DNA of 64,000 nucleotides from Octopus bimaculoides (Eukaryota). Below the pieces are notes generated by a model, which made no database searches, had not been told where the DNA came from, and saw nothing but the letters and a program-made list of their open reading frames with translations. Both the position numbers and the translations under genes were made by a program. Shown here in pieces: positions 53,690 to 64,000 of this stretch (the stretch's first letter is position 1; each line of letters opens with the position of its first letter). Where the stretch lies: NCBI RefSeq assembly GCF_001194135.2, contig NC_068984.1:46792310-46856309 (forward strand), read 5' to 3'.

Positions 53690-54548
53690 TGCGCGCGCGC
53701 GAGCTTTTGTGTGAATATATGACTGTGTGTGCCTATGTCTGTGTATGCATAGGGGCAGGTGTTTCGATTGATTTGTTTTATTGGCAAGTTAATGAGATAA
53801 TTTCCTCCTAGTTGATTGTATATTTCTGGAGTAGCATTCACCGGAAATCTATAGTGAAGCTTCCTCCGAATGACATCTAGCATACTCTGCCATGCGAAGG
53901 ATAATTTTGCTGTTCCTGTTGCTTTTTATGTTACTACTCCTGAGTATGTATGATAGTGGGATGTATTTCATATTTACATGTGTTATCAGCATAAAGAAGA
54001 GCGCAGATCTAATGACTATTATGCAAGTTTAACCGCGCTTTCAGTGTTTAATTTTGTTAGACGATTCATTCTCATTTGACAGTTCTTTCTTTTTAAATCT
54101 GAAATAAATAAGCTATAAATCACCAAATGTGCATGATATATTTTAAAATATAGTAGCTATTCAGCAAAATGTTTACGAAGCTGTATAGAATAAGGGGCCC
54201 AGCATTGAAACATAATGATACGACTATAGTAGATTTGAACCAAGATACAAATTTCTTCACTCCATTATTTCCAAACATACTATAGAAAATAACCTGTTAC
54301 AATGAAGTAAATACCTACCTAATATATTAAAATGCGTTTCTTTATCTATTACTAGTAAAACAACTTAAGACATATGTTTTGTGATATGTTTAAAACCTAC
54401 TATTTTAGTCAAAGTTAAATCTACAGGAACGTTCTGCTTTCAATCACAAATAAACGAACACACATTCCAGCACACAAATACACACTCAGACAATTACACG
54501 CACATATATATATATATATATGTATGTGTGTATGTGTGTGTGTGTGTA

Positions 54549-54586
<38 letters not shown>

Positions 54587-56725
54587 TATTTGTGTGTGTG
54601 TGTGTGTGTGAGTGTATGTGCGTGAGTGTATGTGTTTGTGTATGTNNNNNNNNNNNNNNNNNNNNNNNNNNNNNNNNNNNNNNNNNNNNNNNNNNNNNNN
54701 NNNNNNNNNNNNNNNNNNNNNNNNNNNNNNNNNNNNNNNNNNNNNNNNNNNNNNNNNNNNNNNNNNNNNNNNNNNNNNNNNNNNNNNNNNNNNNNNNNNN
54801 NNNNNNNNNNNNNNNNNNNNNNNNNNNNNNNNNNNNNNNNNNNNNNNNNNNNNNNNNNNNNNNNNNNNNNNNNNNNNNNNNNNNNNNNNNNNNNNNNNNN
54901 NNNNNNNNNNNNNNNNNNNNNNNNNNNNNNNNNNNNNNNNNNNNNNNNNNNNNNNNNNNNNNNNNNNNNNNNNNNNNNNNNNNNNNNNNNNNNNNNNNNN
55001 NNNNNNNNNNNNNNNNNNNNNNNNNNNNNNNNNNNNNNNNNNNNNNNNNNNNNNNNNNNNNNNNNNNNNNNNNNNNNNNNNNNNNNNNNNNNNNNNNNNN
55101 NNNNNNNNNNNNNNNNNNNNNNNNNNNNNNNNNNNNNNNNNNNNNNNNNNNNNNNNNNNNNNNNNNNNNNNNNNNNNNNNNNNNNNNNNNNNNNNNNNNN
55201 NNNNNNNNNNNNNNTATATAAATATACATATACAAATATGTAAATAAGTGGTCTATAAATATATATATTCATTCTTATATGAGTGCAGGCATCTCTCTCT
55301 TTCTTTCTCTGTCTCTCTGTTTCTCTGTATATATATATATATATATGCTTATATATATATATATATATATATATGCTTATATCATCCAATGCATTAGAAG
55401 TAACTCTGTATGCCTACTCGTATGTGTACTAGTAAATATTAGTATATTTAAAATGCCACAAAGACGCACACATTTCTGTAATGAAATAAAGATTGTATTT
55501 TAATTTTATAAACCAAAAAAATATAATCTGCAAACAAGAGAAAGGAGGATTTACGAAATATAACAAAATACGGGTATATAAAAGACAAGAAAGCCGTATT
55601 AGAAATGGCAGCAGTGAGTAATCAAATAAATATCATAGAAGGACAAAGGAAACTATAATTCCAAGCATAATTGAGATATATTTTTCAAACTAAAGAAGTT
55701 ATGAAGAAGCTGTTATCAAAATATTATTGAAATAAATTTTCTAGGTGTGTCAGTGATGGTAGAGGATTTTACAATATGCAAACACATACACAAACGCACA
55801 CAAAAAATATTCACACTAAACATACTCGAATATATAAATACGGAGTATATTATATTAAATGTTAAATCATTTTTCATACGGTATAACATATACTGTTTTT
55901 TTTTGGGGGGGGAGGGATATATGACAGTATGAATGAGTGCATACATGTATGCAAGTGTGTAGTCGCACACACGCACACAAACACACACACACACATATGC
56001 ACGTACGCCCACATACGTATATTAAGTTAAGCAAGCATGCAAAAACACATACAGACACATTCACACACAAGGCACACATATGCACATGCATAGTTATTGT
56101 TTAGACACGAGGTTGAAAGGAACTCAATACATGTATATATTGCAAAATATGTTTCTTTCTGTTCACAGCCACTGTTTTATGCATANNNNNNNNNNNNNNN
56201 NNNNNNNNNNNNNNNNNNNNNNNNNNNNNNNNNNNNNNNNNNNNNNNNNNNNNNNNNNNNNNNNNNNNNNNNNNNNNNNNNNNNNNNNNNNNNNNNNNNN
56301 NNNNNNNNNNNNNNNNNNNNNNNNNNNNNNNNNNNNNNNNNNNNNNNNNNNNNNNNNNNNNNNNNNNNNNNNNNNNNNNNNNNNNNNNNNNNNNNNNNNN
56401 NNNNNNNNNNNNNNNNNNNNNNNNNNNNNNNNNNNNNNNNNNNNNNNNNNNNNNNNNNNNNNNNNNNNNNNNNNNNNNNNNNNNNNNNNNNNNNNNNNNN
56501 NNNNNNNNNNNNNNNNNNNNNNNNNNNNNNNNNNNNNNNNNNNNNNNNNNNNNNNNNNNNNNNNNNNNNNNNNNNNNNNNNNNNNNNNNNNNNNNNNNNN
56601 NNNNNNNNNNNNNNNNNNTATTGATAGAAATGGCAAAACAACAAAAGAATGAATGAGACCTCAATATTATGTAAATAGAGGAATTTATCTGTAAATATGA
56701 TATGTGACAATTATTCGGTAGCCAT

Positions 56726-56786
56726 GATAAAACTCTGCGTTTCGGATGTCGGGGCGGAAACCCACGCCGGCATCTCTTCAGTTATC
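56726..56786 (-). ncRNA. Type-I hammerhead ribozyme, conserved core intact
   Basis: GAUAA-CUGAAGA-GAUG..GGCG ugggUUUc CGCC..CAUC-c-GAAAC gcaga GU-U-UUAUC. Stem I is GAUAA/UUAUC (extendable by GCC/GGC), stem II is GAUG/CAUC plus GGCG/CGCC, and the cleavage triplet is GUU. One extra nucleotide precedes G12. Confidence 0.75.
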
Positions 56787-57272
56787 GGGCCATCGAAAAA
56801 AATGCTATGAAAATTACCGTTAAAACAAAGGGACATTACTGTGTGATTGACCATTATTAAGACAAAAGAGCTATTAGAATGACCACTAAATAAGGGCAGG
56901 GAGTAAAGTTAAGGGAGTAAAAATGCTCATAGTAATCGCGTAAGTGCGCATGTCCATATATACACATGCGCACCCGCACACCCACGTACATGCGTCTGGT
57001 GGATGAGTATGTACATGTAGGCGCAAGTATGTGGNNNNNNNNNNTGGATGAGTATGTACATGTAGGCGCAAGTATGTGGGCGTGCGGGCGATCATGTTTA
57101 TGCATGGACATGCACGCTTACGCAATTACTATGAACATTTTGCTCATTTACCTTTACTCCCTTCTCTTACTTAGCAGACATTCTAATAGCTCTTTTGTCT
57201 TAATAACGGTCAACCACACAGTAATTTCCCTTTTTTTAACGGTCATTTTCATAGTATTTTTTTCGATGGCCC

Positions 57273-57333
57273 GATAACTGAAGAGATGCCGGCTTGAGTT
57301 TCCGCCCTGACATCTGAAACTCGGAGATTTATC
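57273..57333 (+). ncRNA. Type-I hammerhead ribozyme, probably inactivated (U16.1->A)
   Basis: GAUAA-CUGAAGA-GAUG...CAUC-u-GAAAC ucgga GA-U-UUAUC; same fold as the minus copy but GAU at the NUH site. Confidence 0.7.
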
Positions 57334-57360
57334 ATGGCTACCGAATAATTGTCATATTAT

Positions 57361-57401
<41 letters not shown>

Positions 57402-58789
57402 NNNNNNNNNNNNNNNNNNNNNNNNNNNNNNNNNNNNNNNNNNNNNNNNNNNNNNNNNNNNNNNNNNNNNNNNNNNNNNNNNNNNNNNNNNNNNNNNNNN
57501 NNNNNNNNNNNNNNNNNNNNNNNNNNNNNNNNNNNNNNNNNNNNNNNNNNNNNNNNNNNNNNNNNNNNNNNNNNNNNNNNNNNNNNNNNNNNNNNNNNNN
57601 NNNNNNNNNNNNNNNNNNNNNNNNNNNNNNNNNNNNNNNNNNNNNNNNNNNNNNNNNNNNNNNNNNNNNNNNNNNNNNNNNNNNNNNNNNNNNNNNNNNN
57701 NNNNNNNNNNNNNNNNNNNNNNNNNNNNNNNNNNNNNNNNNNNNNNNNNNNNNNNNNNNNNNNNNNNNNNNNNNNNNNNNNNNNNNNNNNNNNNNNNNNN
57801 NNNNNNNNNNNNNNNNNNNNNNNNNNNNNNNNNNNNNNNNNNNNNNNNNNNNNNNNNNNNNNNNNNNNNNNNNNNNNNNNNNNNNNNNNNNNNNNNNNNN
57901 NNNNNNNNNNNNNNNNNNNNNNNNNNNNNNNNNNNNNNNNNNNNNNNNNNNNNNNNNNNNNNNNNNNNNNNNNNNNNNNNNNNNNNNNNNNNNNNNNNNN
58001 NNNNNNNNNNNNNNNNNNNNNNNNNNNNNNNNNNNNNNNNNNNNNNNNNNNNNNNNNNNNNNNNNNNNNNNNNNNNNNNNNNNNNNNNNNNNNNNNNNNN
58101 NNNTATTTATTTATATATACACAAAATTAATTTACGAATGTATCATTAATTCTATTATTATCCAATGTAACTATTTTAAGAATGATAATAACAGAATCAG
58201 TGATACAGGCGACATCAGGCCAAAAAAATAACTTTAAATAGCCGAGGGATTAAAATCAATCAAAGGACATACTAAGTATGTCTACCTGCTTGAAATAACA
58301 GTAAAAACTAGTTATTAAATCGCCAAAAAATACACCGGTGATAACAACAGAAATCAAATGAAGGCAAATTCGCTTAAGACAATCTACTTACATACATTTA
58401 AGTATTTCGATTCACGTGGACTAGTTTCTGCACTGGCAAAATAAGCCTTAGCTTCTTCAGCACGAATTACCAAAATAAGAGATTCCCAACCTATCCTTCT
58501 GAAGTCTGTGCCGCTACTGATTCGAGTTAGCTTTCTTTACCTCTGCCGATTTGTATTGTATGGGGTGTAGCATGCATATTTAACATGTAAACATAATTCA
58601 TTACACACTAAACCTATTATTATATGGTGAAGGCTATAATCCTAATTATGACAAGTAGTAAAAAAAATATATTCACCGCCTGAATTTCTTTGTTTATATA
58701 TGTGTATATACACGTGTACATATACTCATATATGTATATATGTGAAAGTCTTCGTGTCAGTACGCCGTATCAGTGCCCAGCTGTTACAC

Positions 58790-59290
58790 CTAGAATATAG
58801 ACGTGAAGTGCGCACTCGACGAAATTTTCGTTTTCAATGAATGCATTGAGGAAAGTTACTGCAAGCTTTGGCAAAATTTTACTTAGCCTTTGACGATAAC
58901 GCCATGGGCAAAACTCATATTATGTAGTGGTACAACCACTTCAGAAATGACCGCACCTCAGTGGAAAGCGCGGTATGCTCAGGCATCCCATGCACAAGAC
59001 AAAAAGAGGACCCGATTGAGAAAGTTCAGGGAATAGTCATGGAGGACCGGCGTGTTATAATCCAAGCAATTGCTCAATAAGGGGAGATAAGCACAAGATC
59101 AGTGCATTCAGTTTTCACGGATGATTTCTGCATATGGAAATTGTCGGCGAAATTCGTCCTCAGCGTCCTGGAGCAGCAACGGCAGATCCACATGGAAATC
59201 GTTCAGTAGACGCTGAACTTTGCAAACCAAGACCCAGAATTCATGAAAACCATCACAACTGGAGATGAGGCATAGGTTTATAGTCTCTGC
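58790..59290 (+). mobile_element. Mariner transposase pseudogene fragment (second family)
   Basis: AFDDNAMGKTHIM*WYNHFRNDRTSVES..SGIP..IEKVQGIVMEDRRVII..ISTRSVHSVFTDDFCIWKLSAKFV..NQDPEFMKTITTGDEA*VY: HTH region and first catalytic Asp (TGDE). Confidence 0.9.
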
Positions 59291-60024
59291 TCGATGCGTT
59301 CAGTCAACTTTCGTGATAACGAAATATCTAACGTGCGCGATAATTTTTNNNNNNNNNNNNNNNNNNNNNNNNNNNNNNNNNNNNNNNNNNNNNNNNNNNN
59401 NNNNNNNNNNNNNNNNNNNNNNNNNNNNNNNNNNNNNNNNNNNNNNNNNNNNNNNNNNNNNNNNNNNNNNNNNNNNNNNNNNNNNNNNNNNNNNNNNNNN
59501 NNNNNNNNNNNNNNNNNNNNNNNNNNNNNNNNNNNNNNNNNNNNNNNNNNNNNNNNNNNNNNNNNNNNNNNNNNNNNNNNNNNNNNNNNNNNNNNNNNNN
59601 NNNNNNNNNNNNNNNNNNNNNNNNNNNNNNNNNNNNNNNNNNNNNNNNNNNNNNNNNNNNNNNNNNNNNNNNNNNNNNNNNNNNNNNNNNNNNNNNNNNN
59701 NNNNNNNNNNNNNNNNNNNNNNNNNNNNNNNNNNNNNNNNNNNNNNNNNNNNNNNNNNNNNNNNNNNNNNNNNNNNNNNNNNNNNNNNNNNNNNNNNNNN
59801 NNNNNNNNNNNNNNNNNNNNNNNNNNNNNNNNNNNNNNNNNNNNNNNNNNNNNNNNNNNNNNNNNNNNNNNNNNNNNNNNNNNNNNNNNNNNNNNNNNNN
59901 NNNNNNNNNNNNNNNNNNNNNNNNNNNNNNNNNNNNNNNNNNNNNNNNNNNNNNNNNNNNNNNNNNNNNNNNNNNNNNNNNNNNNNNNNNNNNNNNNNNN
60001 NNNNNNNNNNNNNNNNNNNNNNNN

Positions 60025-60062
<38 letters not shown>

Positions 60063-61676
60063 GTATAGCTTTATGAAACTTATTTCATTGAAATAGCGGA
60101 TCGGACGTTTCTAGTACTGGTTTTGTTAAAGGTATTCGTCAGCTACAGAAACGTGAATTTAACAGACATTTATCATCAGCCTAAATAATGACGATACTCC
60201 ACGCTCCAAACATATAACAGACAAAAACACTTGGCAAATAGTCACAAACATTTCTCTGACTACCTAACCATTATAATCAAAACGTAATGCTGCGATTTTT
60301 TATTCCTCTCACTTTTATAGGTGATCGCGTAGTATTATTTAAAAGATTATCTGAATATAATCTTTAAGTACTGACATTTTTATGTAATGTTATGCAGTTC
60401 TGTGAACTTGTGAAGAGATATCATAACTGTATTTTCTGTTGTGTTATTTTTTCTTCTTTTCTTTACCGTTGTTGCTGCTGCTGTCGTTTTTAGTTTTGGT
60501 ATTGTTGTTCTTCTGAAATGTCATGAATTGGACCAGTGTTTCATATATTCTTTTATCCAGATAGCATAATTTTAGTGTATTATAGGGAAATTGACATTTG
60601 ATGGGATTTAATATTTGTTTCGTGCAGAGTGAATGTTTTCAAATAATGTTGACGTGATTGTTGTCCTGTCTTTCATTCTTCTGCCAAAATTCAACGTGAC
60701 CATTCCACTTCCTTGTTAGGGTTTTAGTTTCACAACTAATTTATTCTGTATAAACATTCAAATTCTAACTAGTTATGAGAATTTGAAGAGCATTTGGCTG
60801 GCAATGCTAGCAGTTATACCTCTAAGATTTCTTTGTAGGTTCAACGCACGCCTGAAGATTCTAATGTTGACAAAGGCGTACACATTTAAATTGGGCTTTA
60901 TCAGAGCACTTCAAGTGTTGTTTGTAAATATCATTAATGATATGGATGGTATCTTCATGTTTTCGGCTCATGCAGCTTGCTTTTGCTGAAAGAGGTGTTT
61001 TTTCATATGTGTTTTCCATGCCCTACTAGCGTGAGATTTTTAATTGGAATAAGATATACTTTCGTTTCAGACGAAGTGTTTGCTGGAGAAGTTACAAGAT
61101 AGTTGGTTTCTTCCCAATACATCACAGCTCTGTCTCCCAGTGGTATACGAACTAGACAAACAAGTCACAATTTACTAATGATTGCGAGCACACAAACAAC
61201 GTTAAGCTGCATGGTTCCTGTTCTAATTTACAAACACATACAAACATAACATCACCTGCACAAATACATATATATCTGCATAGATAGATAGACCTATACG
61301 TATTTGTGTAGCCGTACTTGTATTCTTATACGAATGAATAAGCGTGTGTGCTTTATCGATTGTTGACAATATTTGTCTCCAGATTTCTCTGTTATAATTT
61401 CCTCTTCTCATAATGTCGTGTGAGACAGCCATCAGGATAAGGCAGGAACATACATTCGAATTTATAGTGATTTGATGGAGCGCGCAGGTGAAAATATAAT
61501 CTTGTAACATTACGTGATTTTAGTATATGAGAATATTTACCGGACGCCTTTCATCCGATATATGTTTCTTGGTCTCTTCCACTAGATATATAGCAACAGA
61601 TTAATTACATTATTTTAACCAAAGTCGCTATTGATTTTTTCTTATTCGTTTCAGTCTAGGAATAACATTATTTACA

Positions 61677-61715
<39 letters not shown>

Positions 61716-62831
61716 GTGTGTGTGTGTGTGCCTGTATATATAGATATGTATATATATATATATGTGTGTGTACATGCATATACAATCACACATATATGTC
61801 AATATACTTGCATTCATACATACACGCATACATGTATATACACAGATGTCTATAATGAAAATGGAATTTACAAAGGTGAAAAAGCATATAATACTCCACT
61901 GCGCAAATACGCGCAGCCCAACGTTAAACATCAACCAAATATCATCACACTTTCTATACTCTACAACAAACTTGTTCAACTTCACTCTACCAACAACCAA
62001 AGCTTGTGGGATATATATGAGTGGACAGAACCTAGGCTTGGAGTGTAAACATGATGATGAATACAAGAAAATATTGTGACAAGGAGGGCATCTGAGTAAA
62101 TTAAAGCATGTTGGCCGAATATGATATACAGACAAATTGTGGATATACAGACAAAGAACTGGAAAAATAGAAACTAACAGAAAGTCACAGACAGGGAGTA
62201 GAAAGAGTTAGAAAAAGAGAGAATAATATTGTTGCTAAAAAGAAAGGAAAACCAAAAGATAAATTGAAGAGGGAAGTAGAAAGGGATGCGAGTAATACAG
62301 TGTATGAACTATTGGAATAGAGTAACGGAAAATTGAAGACAGTTTTGGATGCATGCCTCGGCAATTATGTATTGAAGGAATGGAACCATATTATGCAACA
62401 TTGTAACAAACAAATTAAAAGAAATGATAATAGAACAAGATTCTTGATTTCCTTAACTATCTCGTGATGGATAAACACAGCATGGTCACCTCTTTCAAAT
62501 GCATGTGCCATTATAGGGACAAGCATTCTCAAGCACCAGAGGAAACAACATAAATTCTAATAAACTAAACATTCTACTTTATGTTACTTTATATTATTGT
62601 ATACTTATTTGATTTAATTTAATGCATTCTATTCTTTGACCAATGAACTATTTCTTCGCTTTTAGTATTATTACCAATATAATAATACAGGATTTTATAC
62701 ATTAACAGAAACGTTACTTTGCCCTAGGTATGTATGTATTTACGTATGTATGTATGTATGTATGTATGTATGTATGTATGGATGGATGGATGGATGGATG
62801 TATGCATGTATGTATATGTATACGTATGCAT

Positions 62832-62976
62832 TGCTTACCAACCACATACCACATGGTTACGGGTTCAGTCCCACTGCGTGGCACCTGGGCAGGTGTCTTC
62901 TACTATAGCCTCGGGCCGACCAAAGTGTTGTGAGTGGATTTGGTAGACGGAAACTGAAAGAAGCCCGTCGTATATA

Positions 62977-63011
<35 letters not shown>

Positions 63012-63225
63012 GTATGTATGTTTGTGCGTCTGTGTTTGTTCCTCCACCATCACTTGACAACCGATGCTGGTGTGTCTACGTCTACGTAACTTAGCAGTTC
63101 GGGAAAAATAGACCGATAGAATAAGTACTAGGCTTACAAAGAATAAGTCCTGGGGTCGATTTTCTCGACTAAAGGCGGTGCTCCAGCATGGCCGCAGTCA
63201 AATGACTGAAACAAGTAAAAGCGTA
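62832..63225 (+). mobile_element. SINE family A, near-intact copy lacking only the first bases of the head
   Basis: gggttcagtcccactgcgtggcacctgggc..gtcttctactatagcctcgggccgaccaaag..tggatttggtagacggaaactgaaagaagcccgtcg(TA)n...aaggcggtgctccagcatggccgcagtcaaatgactgaaacaagtaaaa. Confidence 0.95.
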
Positions 63226-63351
63226 AAAGAGAGTAAAGAGTATATATGTATCTCTCGCTCTCTCTCTCTATATATATATATATAGGGCGAAATAAGTGTA
63301 AGGCAAATCCCAAGAAAGCAAATGTACGTATTAATCTAGACTTACCTTGCA

Positions 63352-63387
63352 TTCAATATTTCAGGGTTATAATTCCTTTTTCTAGAA
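63352..63387 (-). ncRNA. Minimal hammerhead remnant (U3:A8 variant, U4->A)
   Basis: UUC-UAGAAAA-AGGA auuauaa CCCU-GAA-AUAU-U-GAA. Confidence 0.5.
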
Positions 63388-63406
63388 ACTGACGAATGTC
63401 ATCAGT

Positions 63407-63442
63407 TTCTTAAAAAAGGGATTATAACCCCGAAATATTGAA
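63407..63442 (+). ncRNA. Minimal hammerhead remnant (U3:A8 variant, G5->A)
   Basis: UUC-UUAAAAA-AGGG auuauaa CCCC-GAA-AUAU-U-GAA. Confidence 0.5.
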
Positions 63443-63559
63443 TGCAAGGTAAGTCTAGATTAATACATACATTTTCTTTCTTGGGATTTGCTTTACACTT
63501 ATTTCGCACTTTTCTGGCCTTACCCACGATCCTTTATACTATATACATATAGTATAATT

Positions 63560-64000
63560 TATATATTTGTTTTCTTGGGGTTTGCCTTACATTGGCTGAA
63601 GTTATCCTCTCGCTAAAATAGGGTATTTTAAGGAGGCATGTGTTGCTGGGTTTTCTATGTGTTCGGCATGTTGGTCGTCTTGGATACTTAAGCCGATTTA
63701 CAATGGATCTAGGATACCCGTTGGTTTGAAATATATCTAGGAAACGTGTAGTGTGGGTCACCTTGTCCTCCGTTCTGCTGCATTTGCCTTGGATGCGTGC
63801 AAGTTCGTTTCTGGCGTATCCTATTTTGGCACCGAGTGGAAGTGCTAAATTGTATTGGACAAACATATCTCTACTGGCTGCTTTCCTGTAGAACTCGGTG
63901 TGGATCTCCCCTTCTTCCGGTATATTTAGTTTGAAATCAAGAAATGATAGTGATCCAGTGATTCGGGATGTTCTATAGTGAACTTTATGTTCATGTCCAT
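63560..64000 (-). mobile_element. Penelope-like element RT C-terminal fragment (continues beyond the window)
   Basis: MNIKFTIEHP / SLSFLDFKLNIPEEGEIHTEFYRKAASRDMFVQYNLALPLGAKIGYARNE..FQTNGYPRSIVNRLK..LKIPYFSE (IKFT.E, LSFLD, YRK, NGYP and IPY motifs). Confidence 0.9.

Larger units (their letters stand above)
56690..57367. mobile_element. Long fold-back (about 305-bp inverted arms) of a PLE/retrozyme-type repeat carrying hammerheads in both arms
   Basis: 56690-56996 is the reverse complement of about 57065-57367 (by eye 80-90% identical). The centre has a 35-bp duplication around a 10-N gap. Confidence 0.92.
63287..63507. mobile_element. 221-bp palindrome (inverted PLE terminal repeats) containing mirror-image hammerhead remnants
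   Basis: gcgaaataagtgtaaggcaaatcccaagaaag...gaaactgacga-atg-tcatcagtttc...cttgggatttgctttacacttatttcgc; arms of about 109 bp and a 3-nt centre. A third partial copy lies at about 63560-63590. Confidence 0.93.

Noticed and set aside
53415-53714. 99-aa ORF (KECLPEQVLEYEIETINYITVVLRQ)
   Set aside because: No recognisable domain or splice structure; ends in a (TG)n repeat.
57000-57079. 35-bp direct repeat at the centre of the fold-back
   Set aside because: Identical copies on either side of a 10-N gap are the signature of an unmerged contig overlap, not a real duplication.
61790-62420. Overlapping 105-155 aa ORFs and possible LINE remnant
   Set aside because: Partly microsatellite-derived; no motif I could assign to a family.

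Overview
This is an AT-rich, repeat-saturated animal scaffold with 15 N-gaps, nearly all flanked by microsatellites. The SINE and microsatellite make-up suggests a coleoid cephalopod such as Octopus (inference from recalled repeat families, not a database hit). No intact protein-coding gene, rRNA, tRNA or CRISPR array is supported; most ORF-track entries are translated microsatellites or gaps. The window is a decayed mobile-element landscape: two abundant tRNA-derived SINE families plus one V-domain SINE; several R4/Dong-like LINE pieces that abut (TAA)n-type tracts; CR1- and RTE-like remnants; a Gypsy integrase; two mariners; and several Penelope-like elements (PLEs). The most interesting signal is a set of type-I hammerhead ribozyme motifs in PLE-type repeats. 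Two pairs sit in long fold-back palindromes. At 56690-57367 the minus-strand copy keeps its core and stem I. At 63287-63507 the two arms together reconstruct a minimal U3:A8-covariant hammerhead. Other notable structures are a PLE endonuclease split by a twin-priming-like inversion (22395-23006), a mariner made of two left ends fused at a 7-bp microhomology (45879-46741), and two unexplained hairpins (25810-25915, 29016-29149). All calls are by eye and the boundaries of decayed elements are approximate.
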